DNA from: Acidithiobacillus sp.
GTDB taxonomy: Bacteria > Pseudomonadota > Gammaproteobacteria > Acidithiobacillales > Acidithiobacillaceae
Direction of reading: 5' to 3'
Length of the DNA: 57,777 nt
NCBI RefSeq assembly: GCF_023255755.1
Contig: NZ_JAGDVS010000151.1
Location: 1 to 57,777 of the forward strand
How positions within the stretch are numbered: the stretch's first letter is position 1; each line of letters begins with the position of its first letter. Positions 42,686 to 53,547 of this stretch are shown here, piece by piece. The notes beneath the pieces were generated by a model. That model saw only the letters and a program-made list of their open reading frames with translations. It ran no database searches and was not told the DNA's origin. The translations under genes were made by a program, and so were the position numbers.

Positions 42686-43291
42686 TCAGCGCAGACCGCG
42701 GCTCCCCGGTTTAACGGGCGTCCCGCCAACTGCACAGAGCGGACAATCAACAGCTTCCCAGGTACGTACCGGGAGCGTCAACAGCGGAAAAAATGGTACG
42801 CCGTCAAAATCGCTGAATCCTGAACTGCGATCAATAATTGCCGATGTCGCTAATACTTGCCCACCTGCTGCGGTAATGGCCGCTATACATTCCCGCGTCG
42901 AGCCGCCTGTCGTCGTAATATCTTCAACCACTAACACACCTTCACCCGGCGCCAGCGCAAAGCCCCGGCGCAGCACCATCTGCCCGGCTTCCCGCTCGGT
43001 GAACAGGCTGCGTACTCCAAGCGCGCGGCCACATTCGTAGGACACCAGAACCGCACCCATGGCTGGCCCCACGACACAGGAGATGCGCTGCCGCAGATCA
43101 TCAGGAATACCCGCCACCATCGCCGCACACAGTCGCGCTGCGTGCTCGGGATGTTGCAGTACCCTGGCCGACTGCAGGTAGGTATCACTATGCAACCCTG
43201 AGGATAGCAGAAAGTGTCCCTGGAGCAGTGCTCCATCTTCTTTGTACAACGCCACTACTTCGTCTGTAGTCACAGCAGATTTCTTCTCCAT
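42686..43291 (-). CDS. pyrE: Orotate phosphoribosyltransferase
   Basis: GHFLLSSGLHS, VVEDITTTGGS PRPP-binding motif; start uncertain. Confidence 0.93.
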   Translation of the reverse strand: MEKKSAVTTDEVVALYKEDGALLQGHFLLSSGLHSDTYLQSARVLQHPEHAARLCAAMVAGIPDDLRQRISCVVGPAMGAVLVSYECGRALGVRSLFTEREAGQMVLRRGFALAPGEGVLVVEDITTTGGSTRECIAAITAAGGQVLATSAIIDRSSGFSDFDGVPFFPLLTLPVRTWEAVDCPLCAVGGTPVKPGSRGLR

Positions 43292-43341
43292 GATCAGTGT
43301 TGCGCGGAGCACAGCCCTTACCACCTCTTTAAAAAAGCATA

Positions 43342-44064
43342 TCAATCGGATTTCTGAGAACCGGCGGCGCTCCCTGGCAACTCACTCAATATCTGGCCAA
43401 GGGCCTGTGCCGGATCCTCGGCAGCCGTAATAGGCCTGCCTACCACGAGGAAGTCTGATCCCGCTGCCAGTGCCGCCGCTGGCGTCATAATACGTCTCTG
43501 GTCATCCTCCGCATACTGCGCGGGACGAATCCCCGGAGTCACACGCAGGAGTTCAGGCACTGACTCCCGTAGACGACTTGCCTCCAGCGCAGAACAGACG
43601 ATGCCATCCAAGGCACATTCTGCTGCAAGTGTCGCCAAACGCCCAACTTGATCCTGCACCGAGCTGTTGACGCCAACTTCGCGTAAAGCGGCATCGTTCA
43701 TACTCGTGAGTACCGTCACCGCAACCAGAAGAGTCCGCTGTGTTCCAGCGGCATCGTTTACCGCTTCGCGTGCGGCGCGCAGCATGGTGCTACCACCACT
43801 CGCATGCACGTTGAGCATCCATACGCCGAGACGCGCTGCCGCCCTGCAAGCTTTGGCGACGGTCTGCGGAATATCGTGAAATTTGAGGTCAAGAAATACG
43901 TCAAATCCCCGCTCCTGCAGGTGCTCCACAATGGCGGGGCCACAGGCGGTAAAGAGTTCCTTACCGACCTTGACCCGACACGCGGCAGGATCAAGCTGAT
44001 CCGCCAAAACCAGGGCGTCGCATTCGTTCGCATAATCCAGCGCAACAATGAGCGGTGAAATCAC
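43342..44064 (-). CDS. pyrF: Orotidine-5'-phosphate decarboxylase
   Basis: [31 protein letters not shown]. Confidence 0.98.
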   Translation of the reverse strand: MISPLIVALDYANECDALVLADQLDPAACRVKVGKELFTACGPAIVEHLQERGFDVFLDLKFHDIPQTVAKACRAAARLGVWMLNVHASGGSTMLRAAREAVNDAAGTQRTLLVAVTVLTSMNDAALREVGVNSSVQDQVGRLATLAAECALDGIVCSALEASRLRESVPELLRVTPGIRPAQYAEDDQRRIMTPAAALAAGSDFLVVGRPITAAEDPAQALGQILSELPGSAAGSQKSD

Positions 44065-45230
44065 AAACTACACCCTCCGGAAAAGGTACCCCACTGACGG
44101 CAGCTAGGGCAGCGCCAATAGTACTGGGGACTTTGATAACCACAAGACTGACAATGAAAAACCGCTGGTTCCACCGACAGTCCCCTGACTGCTAGCGCCA
44201 TAACGGGATACAATGCGGGATCCGGTGCATCGGGATCCAGTTCCAGCAAAACCTGCATCACCCGCATATCTGGCTGCCGCAACAAAACACGTCTTAAATA
44301 TGCCGTCGCCGCGGGGGTTCCCTCAACCGCCTGCAAGGCATGCGCCAAAAGTTTTACGGCCAGTGGCGAATTGCACATCTCCAACAGGCGTTCTCGTGCT
44401 TCTTGCACACCCGTGCCGTTCTCAGCATATCGTAAAACGCTCAGAAAGGGTTCCAAAATAAGCAGAACTACAGATTCCACTGGGGAGTCGAGAAGTTTTT
44501 CCCAAAGCCTTAACGCACCACCCCAGTCCTGCCGATCGAAGGCGATGCGTCCGCCAATCACCAAAGCCCGCGGATTTTCTGGATCCTCCTTCCGGGCCAA
44601 CTCCAAAAAAAACTTTGCCTGTCCTGTCTCTCCGGCGAGCAGCGATTGCTCGGCCAGTTCACCATAGAGCATGGCAATCACGGGACGCTGGTCGCGCTTA
44701 CCTGCTTTATGTAAGCGCTGACGAACCGCGATAGACTGCGCCCACTCACTACCCAGTTCGTACAGCTCGGCAAGCGTAGCAAGGCCCTCTAGATGATCGG
44801 GTTGACGATCCAATAATTCTTTGAGGATAGATTCCGCCCGATCGAGAATCCCTGCTTTGAGGTAATCCTGCGCGATCTCGAAAAGCACACTTTGCCGCAG
44901 ATCAGGCGCCAGTGCCGGTTGATCCAGAAGATGCTGATGTACCCGCAAAGCACGTTCCAACTCTCCGCGCCGCCGAAAGAGGCGTCCCAGGGCGAGCAAA
45001 ATGTCAACGCTCTCCGGATGTTGCCGCAGCGCATCGAGAAAAACCTCTACCGCCTCATCATTGCGCTCACTGAGGAGATGGTTGAGTCCCTGAATATAAA
45101 TTTCGGGAATCGTGTCGGGGGCAATCGGCGCAGATTTTCGGTGAGCGGTAATCCGACCAATCCACACGCCCAGCGCGATCGCCGCGAGCAAGACGAGGAC
45201 GACAACGGTCTCCACCCCAGAAACCGTCAA
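44061..45230 (-). CDS. lapB: Lipopolysaccharide assembly protein B
   Basis: N-terminal [14 protein letters not shown] repeats, C-terminal rubredoxin CQSCG...WRCPSC. Confidence 0.93.
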   Translation of the reverse strand: MTVSGVETVVVLVLLAAIALGVWIGRITAHRKSAPIAPDTIPEIYIQGLNHLLSERNDEAVEVFLDALRQHPESVDILLALGRLFRRRGELERALRVHQHLLDQPALAPDLRQSVLFEIAQDYLKAGILDRAESILKELLDRQPDHLEGLATLAELYELGSEWAQSIAVRQRLHKAGKRDQRPVIAMLYGELAEQSLLAGETGQAKFFLELARKEDPENPRALVIGGRIAFDRQDWGGALRLWEKLLDSPVESVVLLILEPFLSVLRYAENGTGVQEARERLLEMCNSPLAVKLLAHALQAVEGTPAATAYLRRVLLRQPDMRVMQVLLELDPDAPDPALYPVMALAVRGLSVEPAVFHCQSCGYQSPQYYWRCPSCRQWGTFSGGCSL

Positions 45231-45536
45231 TTAGACCTTGCTACCTGCAACCGCCTCAGGGTAATCAACCTGCTCGCGGAGTTCCTTACCCGGTTTAAAA
45301 TGCGGAACCCGCTTCTCAGGCACCAGCACCGGCTCTCCCGTTTTCGGATTACGCCCCTGCTTGGCGGGGCGCACGTGCATGGAAAAACTTCCAAAACCAC
45401 GAATTTCAATACGTTCACCCTCAGCCAGTGCGTCACTCAGATAATCGAGCATCTGGCGGGTAGCCATTTCAATATCGCGCACACTCAAATGTGGATATTG
45501 TGCACTGATGTTTTTGATCAATTCCGATTTAGTCAT
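45231..45536 (-). CDS. ihfB: Integration host factor beta
   Basis: [28 protein letters not shown]; follows rpsA. Confidence 0.97.
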   Translation of the reverse strand: MTKSELIKNISAQYPHLSVRDIEMATRQMLDYLSDALAEGERIEIRGFGSFSMHVRPAKQGRNPKTGEPVLVPEKRVPHFKPGKELREQVDYPEAVAGSKV

Positions 45537-45694
45537 AGTTTATTAGCTTCTTACAAAGAATGGTGAACTGACAGGACATCATAAAATTAAAAAGGTAAGC
45601 GGCAGGTTGACGCTTCAAAAAAGCCTTTACCTGACGCCACCTCATTCACCCCCTCTTCCCGATCAGCACATGACCGGGAGGGAAAGGGTCACAC

Positions 45695-47401
45695 TTAACT
45701 TTCTTCTTCCTGCTTACGCTTGAGCTGTTCTTTGATCAGGTCGCCCAGACTGGTGGTGCCCGTCGCCGCACTACGCGCGTATTGCTGCACCGCCGCCGCT
45801 TGATCCTCCTGAGAAGCAGCCGCTTCCCGGGCCTTGGTGCTGAGGGTCAAGGTGCGGTTCTTGCGATCTACCATCGCAATGCTGACCTCAATTTTATCCC
45901 CGGCTGACAAGGTCAGACCACGAGCCAGTTCACGGTGGGGCAGAAATCCTTCCACACCCTCGCCAAGCCGAATCTCGGCACCTCGACTATCCACCGAGAT
46001 GACTTCACCTTCGACCAGGGCACCCTTTTCATTGGCCACCACAAACTGGATGAACGGATCAGTTTCCATCTGCTTGATCCCGAGGCTGATACGCTCCCGC
46101 TCCGGATCAATGCTGAGGACGACCGCATCCAGAGTATCTCCCTTCTTGAAGTCCCGCACCGCTTCTTCGCCGGTACGATCCCAGGCGAGATCAGAAAGAT
46201 GGATCAGGCCATCGATACCGCCATCCAGGCCAACGAACACACCGAAGTCGGTAATACTCTTGATCTGACCGGAGACACGATCGCCCTTCTGGAAGTTCTG
46301 CGCGAAGTCGTCCCACGGATTGGGCAGGCACTGCTTGATGCCCAGCGAAATGCGGCGCCGCTCTTCGTCGATATCAAGGATCATCACTTCGACTTCCTGG
46401 CCGACATGCAGGGCCTTGGCCGGATTGATGTTCTTGTTGGTCCAGTCGATTTCGGAGACATGCACCAGGCCCTCGACGCCTTCTTCGATCTCGACGAACG
46501 CGCCGTAATCCGTAACGTTGGTGACCTTACCGAAAATACGGGTAGCCTCGGGATAACGGCGGGCGATATCGCGCCAGGGATCTTCACCCAGTTGCTTCAT
46601 GCCGAGAGAGATACGGCCGCGCTCGCGGTCGAACTTGAGGACCAGGACGCGCACTTCGCCGCCCACGGTGACCACTTCGCTGGGATGCTTGACCCGGCGC
46701 CAGCCCATATCGGTGATATGCAGCAGGCCGTCGATACCACCCAGGTCGATGAACGCGCCGTAATCGGTGAGGTTCTTGACCACACCCTCGAGGATGGCAC
46801 CTTCCTGAATGCTTTCCAGCAGTGCGCCACGCTCCACGCTCTGTTCCTGCTCGACCACCGCGCGGCGGGAAACCACCACGTTGTTGCGCTTGCGGTCCAG
46901 CTTGATGATCTTCATCTCCAGGTCTTTGCCTTCGAGATAGGCCACATCCCGTACCGGACGCACATCGACCAAAGAGCCAGGCAGGAAGGCGCGCACACCA
47001 TCGATGCTGACCGTAAAACCACCCTTCACCTTACCGGTAAGGAAGCCATGCACCACGGCGTTGTCGTTGAAGGACTTCTCCAGATCGACCCAGGTCTTGG
47101 CGCGACGGGCTTTTTCACGGGAGAGGCGGGTCTCGCCCATGCCGTCTTCCACCAGCTCCAGACAGACCTCCACAGAGTCACCGACCTTCACCTCTATTTC
47201 ACCTTCCGCATTACGGAACTGCTCAGCGGGGATCGGCCCTTCAGACTTGAGACCCACATCGACGATGACAAAGTCGTTATCGACGCGGGTCACTATGCCG
47301 GTGAGCAACTCGCCAGGCTTGAGGCCCTGGGTGCTCTGGCTTTCTTCAAACATCTCGGCAAAACTGGGTTCAACAAGCATTTCAGCGTTAGGGGTGGTCA
47401 T
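45695..47401 (-). CDS. rpsA: 30S ribosomal protein S1
   Basis: Repeated S1 domains (TDYGAF / TDFGVF; RISLG). Confidence 0.99.
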   Translation of the reverse strand: MTTPNAEMLVEPSFAEMFEESQSTQGLKPGELLTGIVTRVDNDFVIVDVGLKSEGPIPAEQFRNAEGEIEVKVGDSVEVCLELVEDGMGETRLSREKARRAKTWVDLEKSFNDNAVVHGFLTGKVKGGFTVSIDGVRAFLPGSLVDVRPVRDVAYLEGKDLEMKIIKLDRKRNNVVVSRRAVVEQEQSVERGALLESIQEGAILEGVVKNLTDYGAFIDLGGIDGLLHITDMGWRRVKHPSEVVTVGGEVRVLVLKFDRERGRISLGMKQLGEDPWRDIARRYPEATRIFGKVTNVTDYGAFVEIEEGVEGLVHVSEIDWTNKNINPAKALHVGQEVEVMILDIDEERRRISLGIKQCLPNPWDDFAQNFQKGDRVSGQIKSITDFGVFVGLDGGIDGLIHLSDLAWDRTGEEAVRDFKKGDTLDAVVLSIDPERERISLGIKQMETDPFIQFVVANEKGALVEGEVISVDSRGAEIRLGEGVEGFLPHRELARGLTLSAGDKIEVSIAMVDRKNRTLTLSTKAREAAASQEDQAAAVQQYARSAATGTTSLGDLIKEQLKRKQEEES

Positions 47402-47478
47402 AAATTTCAGTAGGCCTCATTTACCGGGCACGCCATAGGCGCCCCTTGAATCACTGCTCGATGCCATAAATGGCGGTT

Positions 47479-48159
47479 TCAATTTTCCTGCAAAGCCGAT
47501 TGAACCCAGCTTTGCAGAACCCTGTATGTGTCAGAAACGCTTTGTTCGCTGGTATCCAGGAGGCGCGCATCGGACGCGGGCCGGAGCGGTGCCACGCTGC
47601 GCTGCTGATCCCGGGCATCGCGTTCCGCAATTTCCGCCACAACTGTGGCGAGATTAGCACTACTACCCTGTTCCATCAACTGATTCAGACGCCGCTTGCC
47701 ACGGACTTCGGCGCTGGCAGTCAGAAATATCTTAAGCGGTGCGTCCGGGAAAACCACGGTCCCCATATCCCGGCCGTCGGCCACCAGTCCCGGCGCCTGG
47801 CGAAAATCCCGCTGCCGCTGCAATAAAGCGGCGCGGACCGCAGGAAGCGCGGCAATTTGTGAGGTCAACGCACTGATTTCGGGGCTGCGGATTTCCGCAT
47901 CCACGACCTCTCCCCCAAGTAGTACGTGGGTTTGGTCCACTGCACCGCGAAAGCTCAGCGGTAAGGCACGGGCAAGGTCGGACAGCGCCGCTTCCTCATC
48001 TGCATGAAGCCCGGCCCGCTGGGCCGCCAGCGCCAACGCCCGATAAATAGCGCCGCTGTCCAACAGATGCCAACCCAGATCATGGGCCAAGAGACGACCC
48101 AGCGTGCCCTTACCGACCCCGCCGGGACCATCCAGGGTGATGACGGGGATGATATTCAT
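47479..48159 (-). CDS. cmk: Cytidylate kinase
   Basis: DGPGGVGKGT, DSGAIYRA, DGRDMGTVVFPDA. Confidence 0.98.
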   Translation of the reverse strand: MNIIPVITLDGPGGVGKGTLGRLLAHDLGWHLLDSGAIYRALALAAQRAGLHADEEAALSDLARALPLSFRGAVDQTHVLLGGEVVDAEIRSPEISALTSQIAALPAVRAALLQRQRDFRQAPGLVADGRDMGTVVFPDAPLKIFLTASAEVRGKRRLNQLMEQGSSANLATVVAEIAERDARDQQRSVAPLRPASDARLLDTSEQSVSDTYRVLQSWVQSALQEN

Positions 48160-49457
48160 GCGCTTACCATCTCCAGCAGCAGCCCGGCCTGCTGTGCCAG
48201 AGCGGGAAAACTCGGAAAGGACGTAGCCACGTTGGCACAGTCGAGAATTTCGATATCACCTCGCGCCACCAGTGCCGCCATAGCGAAGGCCATCGCGATA
48301 CGATGATCTCCGTGACTGTTTACCTGGCCACCCAGCAGCGGTGATCCGCTGATAATGGCTCCATCCGCGCGCTCTTCTATAGTGGCACCCAGTGCACGCA
48401 GCCCACCAGCCATCACCGCGATGCGGTCACTTTCCTTGACACGGAGTTCTTCGGCGCCGGTAATCACCGTCTGCCCCTTCGCACACGCCGCCGCTATGAA
48501 CAGCGCGGGAAACTCATCAATAGCCAGAGGTACCAGACGGGGAGGGATAGCGATGCCTTGCAACGGTGCATAGCGGACGCGGATATCGGCGACCGGCTCA
48601 CCGCCCACTTCGCGCAAGGCGGTCAGGTCAATCCGAGCACCCATGCGGGTGAGGATTTCGATGATACCGGTCCGGGTCGGATTGATACCAACACCTTCCA
48701 GGGTGAGATCGGAGCCCGGCGCGATAGTGGCACCGAGCAGGAAGAAAGCCGCCGAAGAAATATCGCCCGGCACCTGCAGCGACTGCCCGTGCAACTGACC
48801 ACCGCTGCGCAGACAAATGCGTGGACCCTGACGCTCCAATGGATAGCCGAAGCCTTGCAGCATCCGCTCGCTGTGATCGCGGGTGGGCGCGGGCTCGGTC
48901 ACGCAGGTTTGCCCGTCGGCATACACTCCGGCCAACAGCACGGCGGATTTGACCTGGGCGCTAGCCACCGGCAGCGCATACTCGATGCCATGCAGGGGCC
49001 GTCCATGAATATGCAAGGGTGCCCTGCCCTCCTGCGCGGTGATTTCCGCGCCCATGGCACGCAACGGGTTCAGCAAGCGGCCCATCGGTCGCTTCTGCAA
49101 ACTGGTGTCGCCAATCAAAGTGCTGGAAAAAGCCTGCCCGGCCAGCACCCCCGCCAGCAGACGCATGGCCGTACCGGAGTTTCCACAATCCAACGGGACA
49201 GCAGGCGCATGCAACCCATGCAGGCCGGCACCCTGTATGCGCAAATGCCCATTATTCGGCCCTTCCATTTCGACGCCCATCGCGCGAAATGCGGCGATGG
49301 TGGCGAGCACGTCCGCACCCTCCAGCAACCCCTCTACTTCGGTGATGCCTTCGGCAAGCGCGCCAAGAATAACGGCACGATGGGAAATGGATTTGTCGCC
49401 GGGGACCGAAAAACGACCTTTGAGCTGACCACCTGGATGTACAAGATATCTGGACAT
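48156..49457 (-). CDS. aroA: EPSP synthase (class II-like)
   Basis: PGDKSISHR, GNSGTAMRL, SAQVKS, RVKESDR, GDHRIAM. Confidence 0.98.
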   Translation of the reverse strand: MSRYLVHPGGQLKGRFSVPGDKSISHRAVILGALAEGITEVEGLLEGADVLATIAAFRAMGVEMEGPNNGHLRIQGAGLHGLHAPAVPLDCGNSGTAMRLLAGVLAGQAFSSTLIGDTSLQKRPMGRLLNPLRAMGAEITAQEGRAPLHIHGRPLHGIEYALPVASAQVKSAVLLAGVYADGQTCVTEPAPTRDHSERMLQGFGYPLERQGPRICLRSGGQLHGQSLQVPGDISSAAFFLLGATIAPGSDLTLEGVGINPTRTGIIEILTRMGARIDLTALREVGGEPVADIRVRYAPLQGIAIPPRLVPLAIDEFPALFIAAACAKGQTVITGAEELRVKESDRIAVMAGGLRALGATIEERADGAIISGSPLLGGQVNSHGDHRIAMAFAMAALVARGDIEILDCANVATSFPSFPALAQQAGLLLEMVSA

Positions 49458-49460
49458 AAT

Positions 49461-50336
49461 TCAGGAATGCACCGGAGGAAATTGAAATTTTTGTCGGCAG
49501 CGCTGACCACGTCCCAGCAGATCATTCAGCGCCTGGGCATCGTTACCCGCCAGCATCCGCTCGGCGGCGCCAAGAGTCCTTTGCACCGTGCTCAAATGCT
49601 GGCGGACAGCGGCACGATTCTCCCAGAGGATCTCGGCCCAGAGCCGGGGATCCGAGGCGGCGATACGGGAAAAGTCGCGCAGACCACCACCCGCCAATTG
49701 CTGCAGCACATTCGCCTGATCCTCCAAACCTGCCATGTAGGCAAAAGCCAGCAGATGTGGCACATGGCTGGTGGCAGCCAAAGCATGATCGTGGGCTTCC
49801 GGCGTCATTTGAACGATGGTGGCTCCGAACATTTGCCAGAATGTGCGCATAGCCTCCAGGGACCCGTCTGCCTGACCCGGCAACGGGGTCAAGATCACTC
49901 GTGCGCCCTGATAGAGCCCCTTCCGAGCCGCACCAAAGCCGGTTTTTTCGCCACCCACCAAGGGATGTGCCGCCACAAAACGATTCCCTAAAAGCCGAGC
50001 ACCGAGCTGCGCTACCGGCACTTTGATGCTCGCGACATCGCTAACCACTGCCGTTGGAGACGCCAGACGCGCCACCTCTGGCAACTGCGCCATGAGCACC
50101 TGCGGAGGCGTGGCCAAAATGACCAGGTCAGCGTCCTGCAATGCGGGGGCAAGGACATGACTCAGCTTGACCTGCCACTTACCTGCTGCCTTACGAATCC
50201 GCATTGCTTCTTCCTTATCCGCGACCACGCCCCAGACTGTTCCGCTGAAATCCGCCGCGCGCAGGGCTTTGGCGACACTTCCCCCTATCAGGCCAAGGCC
50301 GACAATGGCGACCCGTTGGAAGGGAAAGTCTGGCAT
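49461..50336 (-). CDS. tyrA: Prephenate/arogenate dehydrogenase
   Basis: GLGLIGGS Rossmann motif, HPLVGGE, SHVPH, RIAASDP. Confidence 0.92.
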   Translation of the reverse strand: MPDFPFQRVAIVGLGLIGGSVAKALRAADFSGTVWGVVADKEEAMRIRKAAGKWQVKLSHVLAPALQDADLVILATPPQVLMAQLPEVARLASPTAVVSDVASIKVPVAQLGARLLGNRFVAAHPLVGGEKTGFGAARKGLYQGARVILTPLPGQADGSLEAMRTFWQMFGATIVQMTPEAHDHALAATSHVPHLLAFAYMAGLEDQANVLQQLAGGGLRDFSRIAASDPRLWAEILWENRAAVRQHLSTVQRTLGAAERMLAGNDAQALNDLLGRGQRCRQKFQFPPVHS

Positions 50337-50337
50337 G

Positions 50338-51354
50338 CTAGAGCTCGCGGCCGATGGCCTCGGCAATCTTGCGCAGATCACCCATCAGTGTCATGAGTTG
50401 CTCCGGACTCAAGGCCTGATCGGCATCGCACCAGGCTTCTTGGGGACAGGGATGCGACTCCACCAGCAAACCATCTGCACCAGCCGCAATGGCCGCCTTG
50501 GACAATTGCGGCACCAGCCAGGCCTTACCGCCCGCGTGACTGGGATCGACGATAACCGGCAGATGCGTCTCCCGCTTGAGGACCGGTATAGCGGTGACAT
50601 CGAGGACATTGCGATAGGCCGTCTCAAAGGTGCGAATACCACGCTCGGCGAAAATAATCCGGTGATTGCCGTGAGCAGCAATATATTCAGCCGCCATGAG
50701 CCATTCCTTGATGGTAGCACTCAGGCCACGTTTAAGGATAACCGGCACATCCAGGCGACCGACTTCTTTGAGGAGATCAAAATTCTGCATGTTGCGCGTG
50801 CCGATCTGAATGATATCCACCCCTTTTTCGAGGAAAAGATCAATCTTGCGGACATCCATCAGCTCGGTGACGATGGGCAAACCGACGGCATCCGCAGCGG
50901 CCCGAAAATAATCCAGGCCTTCATCGCCCACGCCCTGAAAGGTGTAGGGGCTGGTGCGAGGTTTGAAAGCTCCGCCACGCATCAGGCGGCAGCCTGCCGC
51001 CCTGACGGCTTCTGCGGAGCTGCGCATCTGTTCAGGTGTTTCGACCGAACAAGGGCCAGCGATCACTTGAATCTGATTGCCGCCGATGGGCACACCACGC
51101 ACCTCGATCACGGTGTCGGTGGATTTGAACTCACGACTAACGAGTTTGTAGGGTTTAAGAATAGGCATGACCTGTTCCACAGCAAGCAAAGATTCCAAGG
51201 CTCCCTCGGGCAGCAACCGTTCATCTCCTAACAGGCCCACCACGGTGCGCTCGGAACCGGTACTGACCATGGGCTGCAGGCCAAACTGGCGGATACGCTC
51301 CAGCAACTGCTCCATCTGCTCTGCGGTAGCTTGTGGCTTAACAATGACGATCAT
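50338..51354 (-). CDS. aroF: DAHP synthase, class I-beta, with N-terminal regulatory domain
   Basis: IAGPCSVE, RGGAFKPRTSPY, LKRG, VDPSH; MIVIVKP N-terminal extension. Confidence 0.92.
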   Translation of the reverse strand: MIVIVKPQATAEQMEQLLERIRQFGLQPMVSTGSERTVVGLLGDERLLPEGALESLLAVEQVMPILKPYKLVSREFKSTDTVIEVRGVPIGGNQIQVIAGPCSVETPEQMRSSAEAVRAAGCRLMRGGAFKPRTSPYTFQGVGDEGLDYFRAAADAVGLPIVTELMDVRKIDLFLEKGVDIIQIGTRNMQNFDLLKEVGRLDVPVILKRGLSATIKEWLMAAEYIAAHGNHRIIFAERGIRTFETAYRNVLDVTAIPVLKRETHLPVIVDPSHAGGKAWLVPQLSKAAIAAGADGLLVESHPCPQEAWCDADQALSPEQLMTLMGDLRKIAEAIGREL

Positions 51355-51358
51355 AAAA

Positions 51359-52456
51359 TTACAGGACCTCGCCCAGCATTTTTAGAAAACGTTGATTTTC
51401 CACCGGCAGACCAACACTGACCCGCAGATGATCCGGCATGCCGTAAGGGGTAAGCGGCCGGATGATTACGCCCCGATGCAACAGCGCGTCGTAGACACGC
51501 TGCCCCCCCCCCGGTACGGCAAAGGCGGTAAAGTTGCCTGCAGGCGGCAGGATTGTCAATCCAAGATTACGTAATCCGTCGCGGAGGGCCACGATCCCTT
51601 GGCGATTGTTGGCCAGGGTAGCCTGTAGATGGGCGCGGTCGGTGAGCGCAGCGTGCGCTGCCACCTGCGCTAACGTATTAACATTAAAGGGCTGACGAAC
51701 CCGCTCCAGCACCGCTATCAGGTCAGGGTGGCCGATGCCGTAACCGCAACGCAGGCCTGCCAGCCCATAGGCCTTAGAAAAGGTCCGGGTAACTATCAGG
51801 TTGCTGAAGCGCCGCAGCCATAGCTTACCGTCGGGATAATCCGCGGTATCCATCAGTTCCAGGTAAGCCTCATCCAGCACCACCAGGGCATGTGAGGGCA
51901 CGCTGTCGACAAAGGCCTCCAGTGCCTCAGCAGAAAGGTGGGTACCCGTGGGATTGTTGGGGTTGGCGATAAACACCAGCCGGGTTTTTGCGTTGAGCAG
52001 GCCGGCCATGGCATCCAGATCATGGCCGTAATCCCGCGCAGGGGCAATCCGCAGGGTCGCTCCGTTCGCCTGCGCGGCAATGGCGTAAGCAGCAAAGGCA
52101 TACTGGGAAACAATCACCTCGGTGCCCGGCCCGGCAAAGGCGCGTACAGCAAACTCCACCACCTGATCAGAACCGTTGCCGAAGATAAATTGCCGCGGGT
52201 CCAGATCCAACTGATATGCCAGCAGTGCGCGCAACTCCGGCGCCGACCCCTCGGGATACAGGGCCAGGGTGGGCAGCGCATCGCGGATAGCCGCCAGCGC
52301 CGCGGGGCTGGGTCCCAGCGGATTTTCATTGGAGGCCAGTTTGATGGCATCACGGATACCCAGTTCCCGTTCCAGTTCCGCCAAGGGTTTACCCGGCTGA
52401 TAAGGACGCAAGTCAGACACCCCCGCTGCCGCATATTCCAGATATTTATTGCGCAT
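51359..52456 (-). CDS. hisC: Histidinol-phosphate/aromatic aminotransferase
   Basis: YQPGKP, KLASNENP, NPNNPTG, DEAY, RTFSKAYGLAGLR; TAATG coupling to pheA. Confidence 0.95.
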   Translation of the reverse strand: MRNKYLEYAAAGVSDLRPYQPGKPLAELERELGIRDAIKLASNENPLGPSPAALAAIRDALPTLALYPEGSAPELRALLAYQLDLDPRQFIFGNGSDQVVEFAVRAFAGPGTEVIVSQYAFAAYAIAAQANGATLRIAPARDYGHDLDAMAGLLNAKTRLVFIANPNNPTGTHLSAEALEAFVDSVPSHALVVLDEAYLELMDTADYPDGKLWLRRFSNLIVTRTFSKAYGLAGLRCGYGIGHPDLIAVLERVRQPFNVNTLAQVAAHAALTDRAHLQATLANNRQGIVALRDGLRNLGLTILPPAGNFTAFAVPGGGQRVYDALLHRGVIIRPLTPYGMPDHLRVSVGLPVENQRFLKMLGEVL

Positions 52457-53538
52457 TAAAATACCGCTCTGGGATAACTGCCGAGACAACGATAGAAAGA
52501 CGCCTGTTGCGCAAGGGCATCCAGCACCGGTGCAATGGCGGCATCTTGACGATGACCGAGCAGATCGAGATAAAAGACATACTCCCAAACAGCGGAGCGT
52601 GCCGGTCGCGACTCAATGCGCGTGAGGCTGATCCCCGCATCGGCCAATGGCGACAGCAGCGCATGCAGGCTCCCCGGGCGATTGGCCGCGGCTACCACCA
52701 GACTGGTCTTGTCGTTCCCTGTGGAGCGGGTACTGATCTTACCGATCACCAAAAAGCGCGTGGTGTTCTCGGGATTGTCTTCAATACTGGCGGCCAGAAT
52801 ATCGAGGCCGTAAGCCTCGGCAGCCACGGTAGTGGAAATAGCGCCACCCTCTGCATCCGCCGCTGCGCGTTCAGCAGCCACGGCATTACTGGGGACGTCC
52901 ACCAATTGCACCTGCGGTAGGTGTGCGGCAAGCCACTGGCGACACTGGGCACGAGTCTGGTAGTGCACATAGACCCGTTGGATCGCATCCATGGAGCATT
53001 TAGCCACCAGATTATGGACGATGCGTAACTGCACCTCACCGCAAATATGCAGCGGATAATCCAGTAGCAGATCGAGGCTGAGATTGACAGAACCCTCGGT
53101 GCTGTTTTCCACCGGCACCACGCCGAACTGCGCCTGCCCACTGTCCACCAAAAGAAAAATCTCGGCAATCCCCGTGGTGGGTTGCAACACCGCAGCCCGC
53201 CCGAAATGCTTTTGCGCAGCCATTTGCGTGAAGGTGCCTGCCGGCCCGAGATAGGCCACCTGTAACGGCTCTTCCAGGGCCAGGCCAGCAGAAATGATTT
53301 CGCGAAAGATAGTGGCGATTTGCTCCGCAGAGAAGGGTCCGGGATTCTCGGCCATCAGCCGACGGAGAATTTCGGACTCCCGATCAGGATGGTAGAAATT
53401 CGTCTCATCAGCGGCGCGTTTGACTTCACCTACTTCGGCAGCCAAGCGGCCTCTCTCTGCAAGCAAATGGAGGATTTCTCCGTCTACGACATCAATAGCG
53501 GCGCGCAATTCAGGCAACGTTCGTACAGTCGCGGACAA
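52456..53538 (-). CDS. pheA: Chorismate mutase/prephenate dehydratase (P-protein)
   Basis: AroQ N-domain, YLGPAGTF, PVENSTEG, NTTRF, IESRP. Confidence 0.96.
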   Translation of the reverse strand: MSATVRTLPELRAAIDVVDGEILHLLAERGRLAAEVGEVKRAADETNFYHPDRESEILRRLMAENPGPFSAEQIATIFREIISAGLALEEPLQVAYLGPAGTFTQMAAQKHFGRAAVLQPTTGIAEIFLLVDSGQAQFGVVPVENSTEGSVNLSLDLLLDYPLHICGEVQLRIVHNLVAKCSMDAIQRVYVHYQTRAQCRQWLAAHLPQVQLVDVPSNAVAAERAAADAEGGAISTTVAAEAYGLDILAASIEDNPENTTRFLVIGKISTRSTGNDKTSLVVAAANRPGSLHALLSPLADAGISLTRIESRPARSAVWEYVFYLDLLGHRQDAAIAPVLDALAQQASFYRCLGSYPRAVF

Positions 53539-53547
53539 GTTGCCTCC

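Noticed and set aside
45695-47401. Internal repeats in rpsA
   Set aside because: Ordinary S1 domain repeats, not a CRISPR array or mobile repeat
45935-51231. Long plus-strand ORFs of 492, 477 and 354 aa
   Set aside because: They mirror rpsA, aroA/tyrA and the DAHP synthase gene; no independent coding signal
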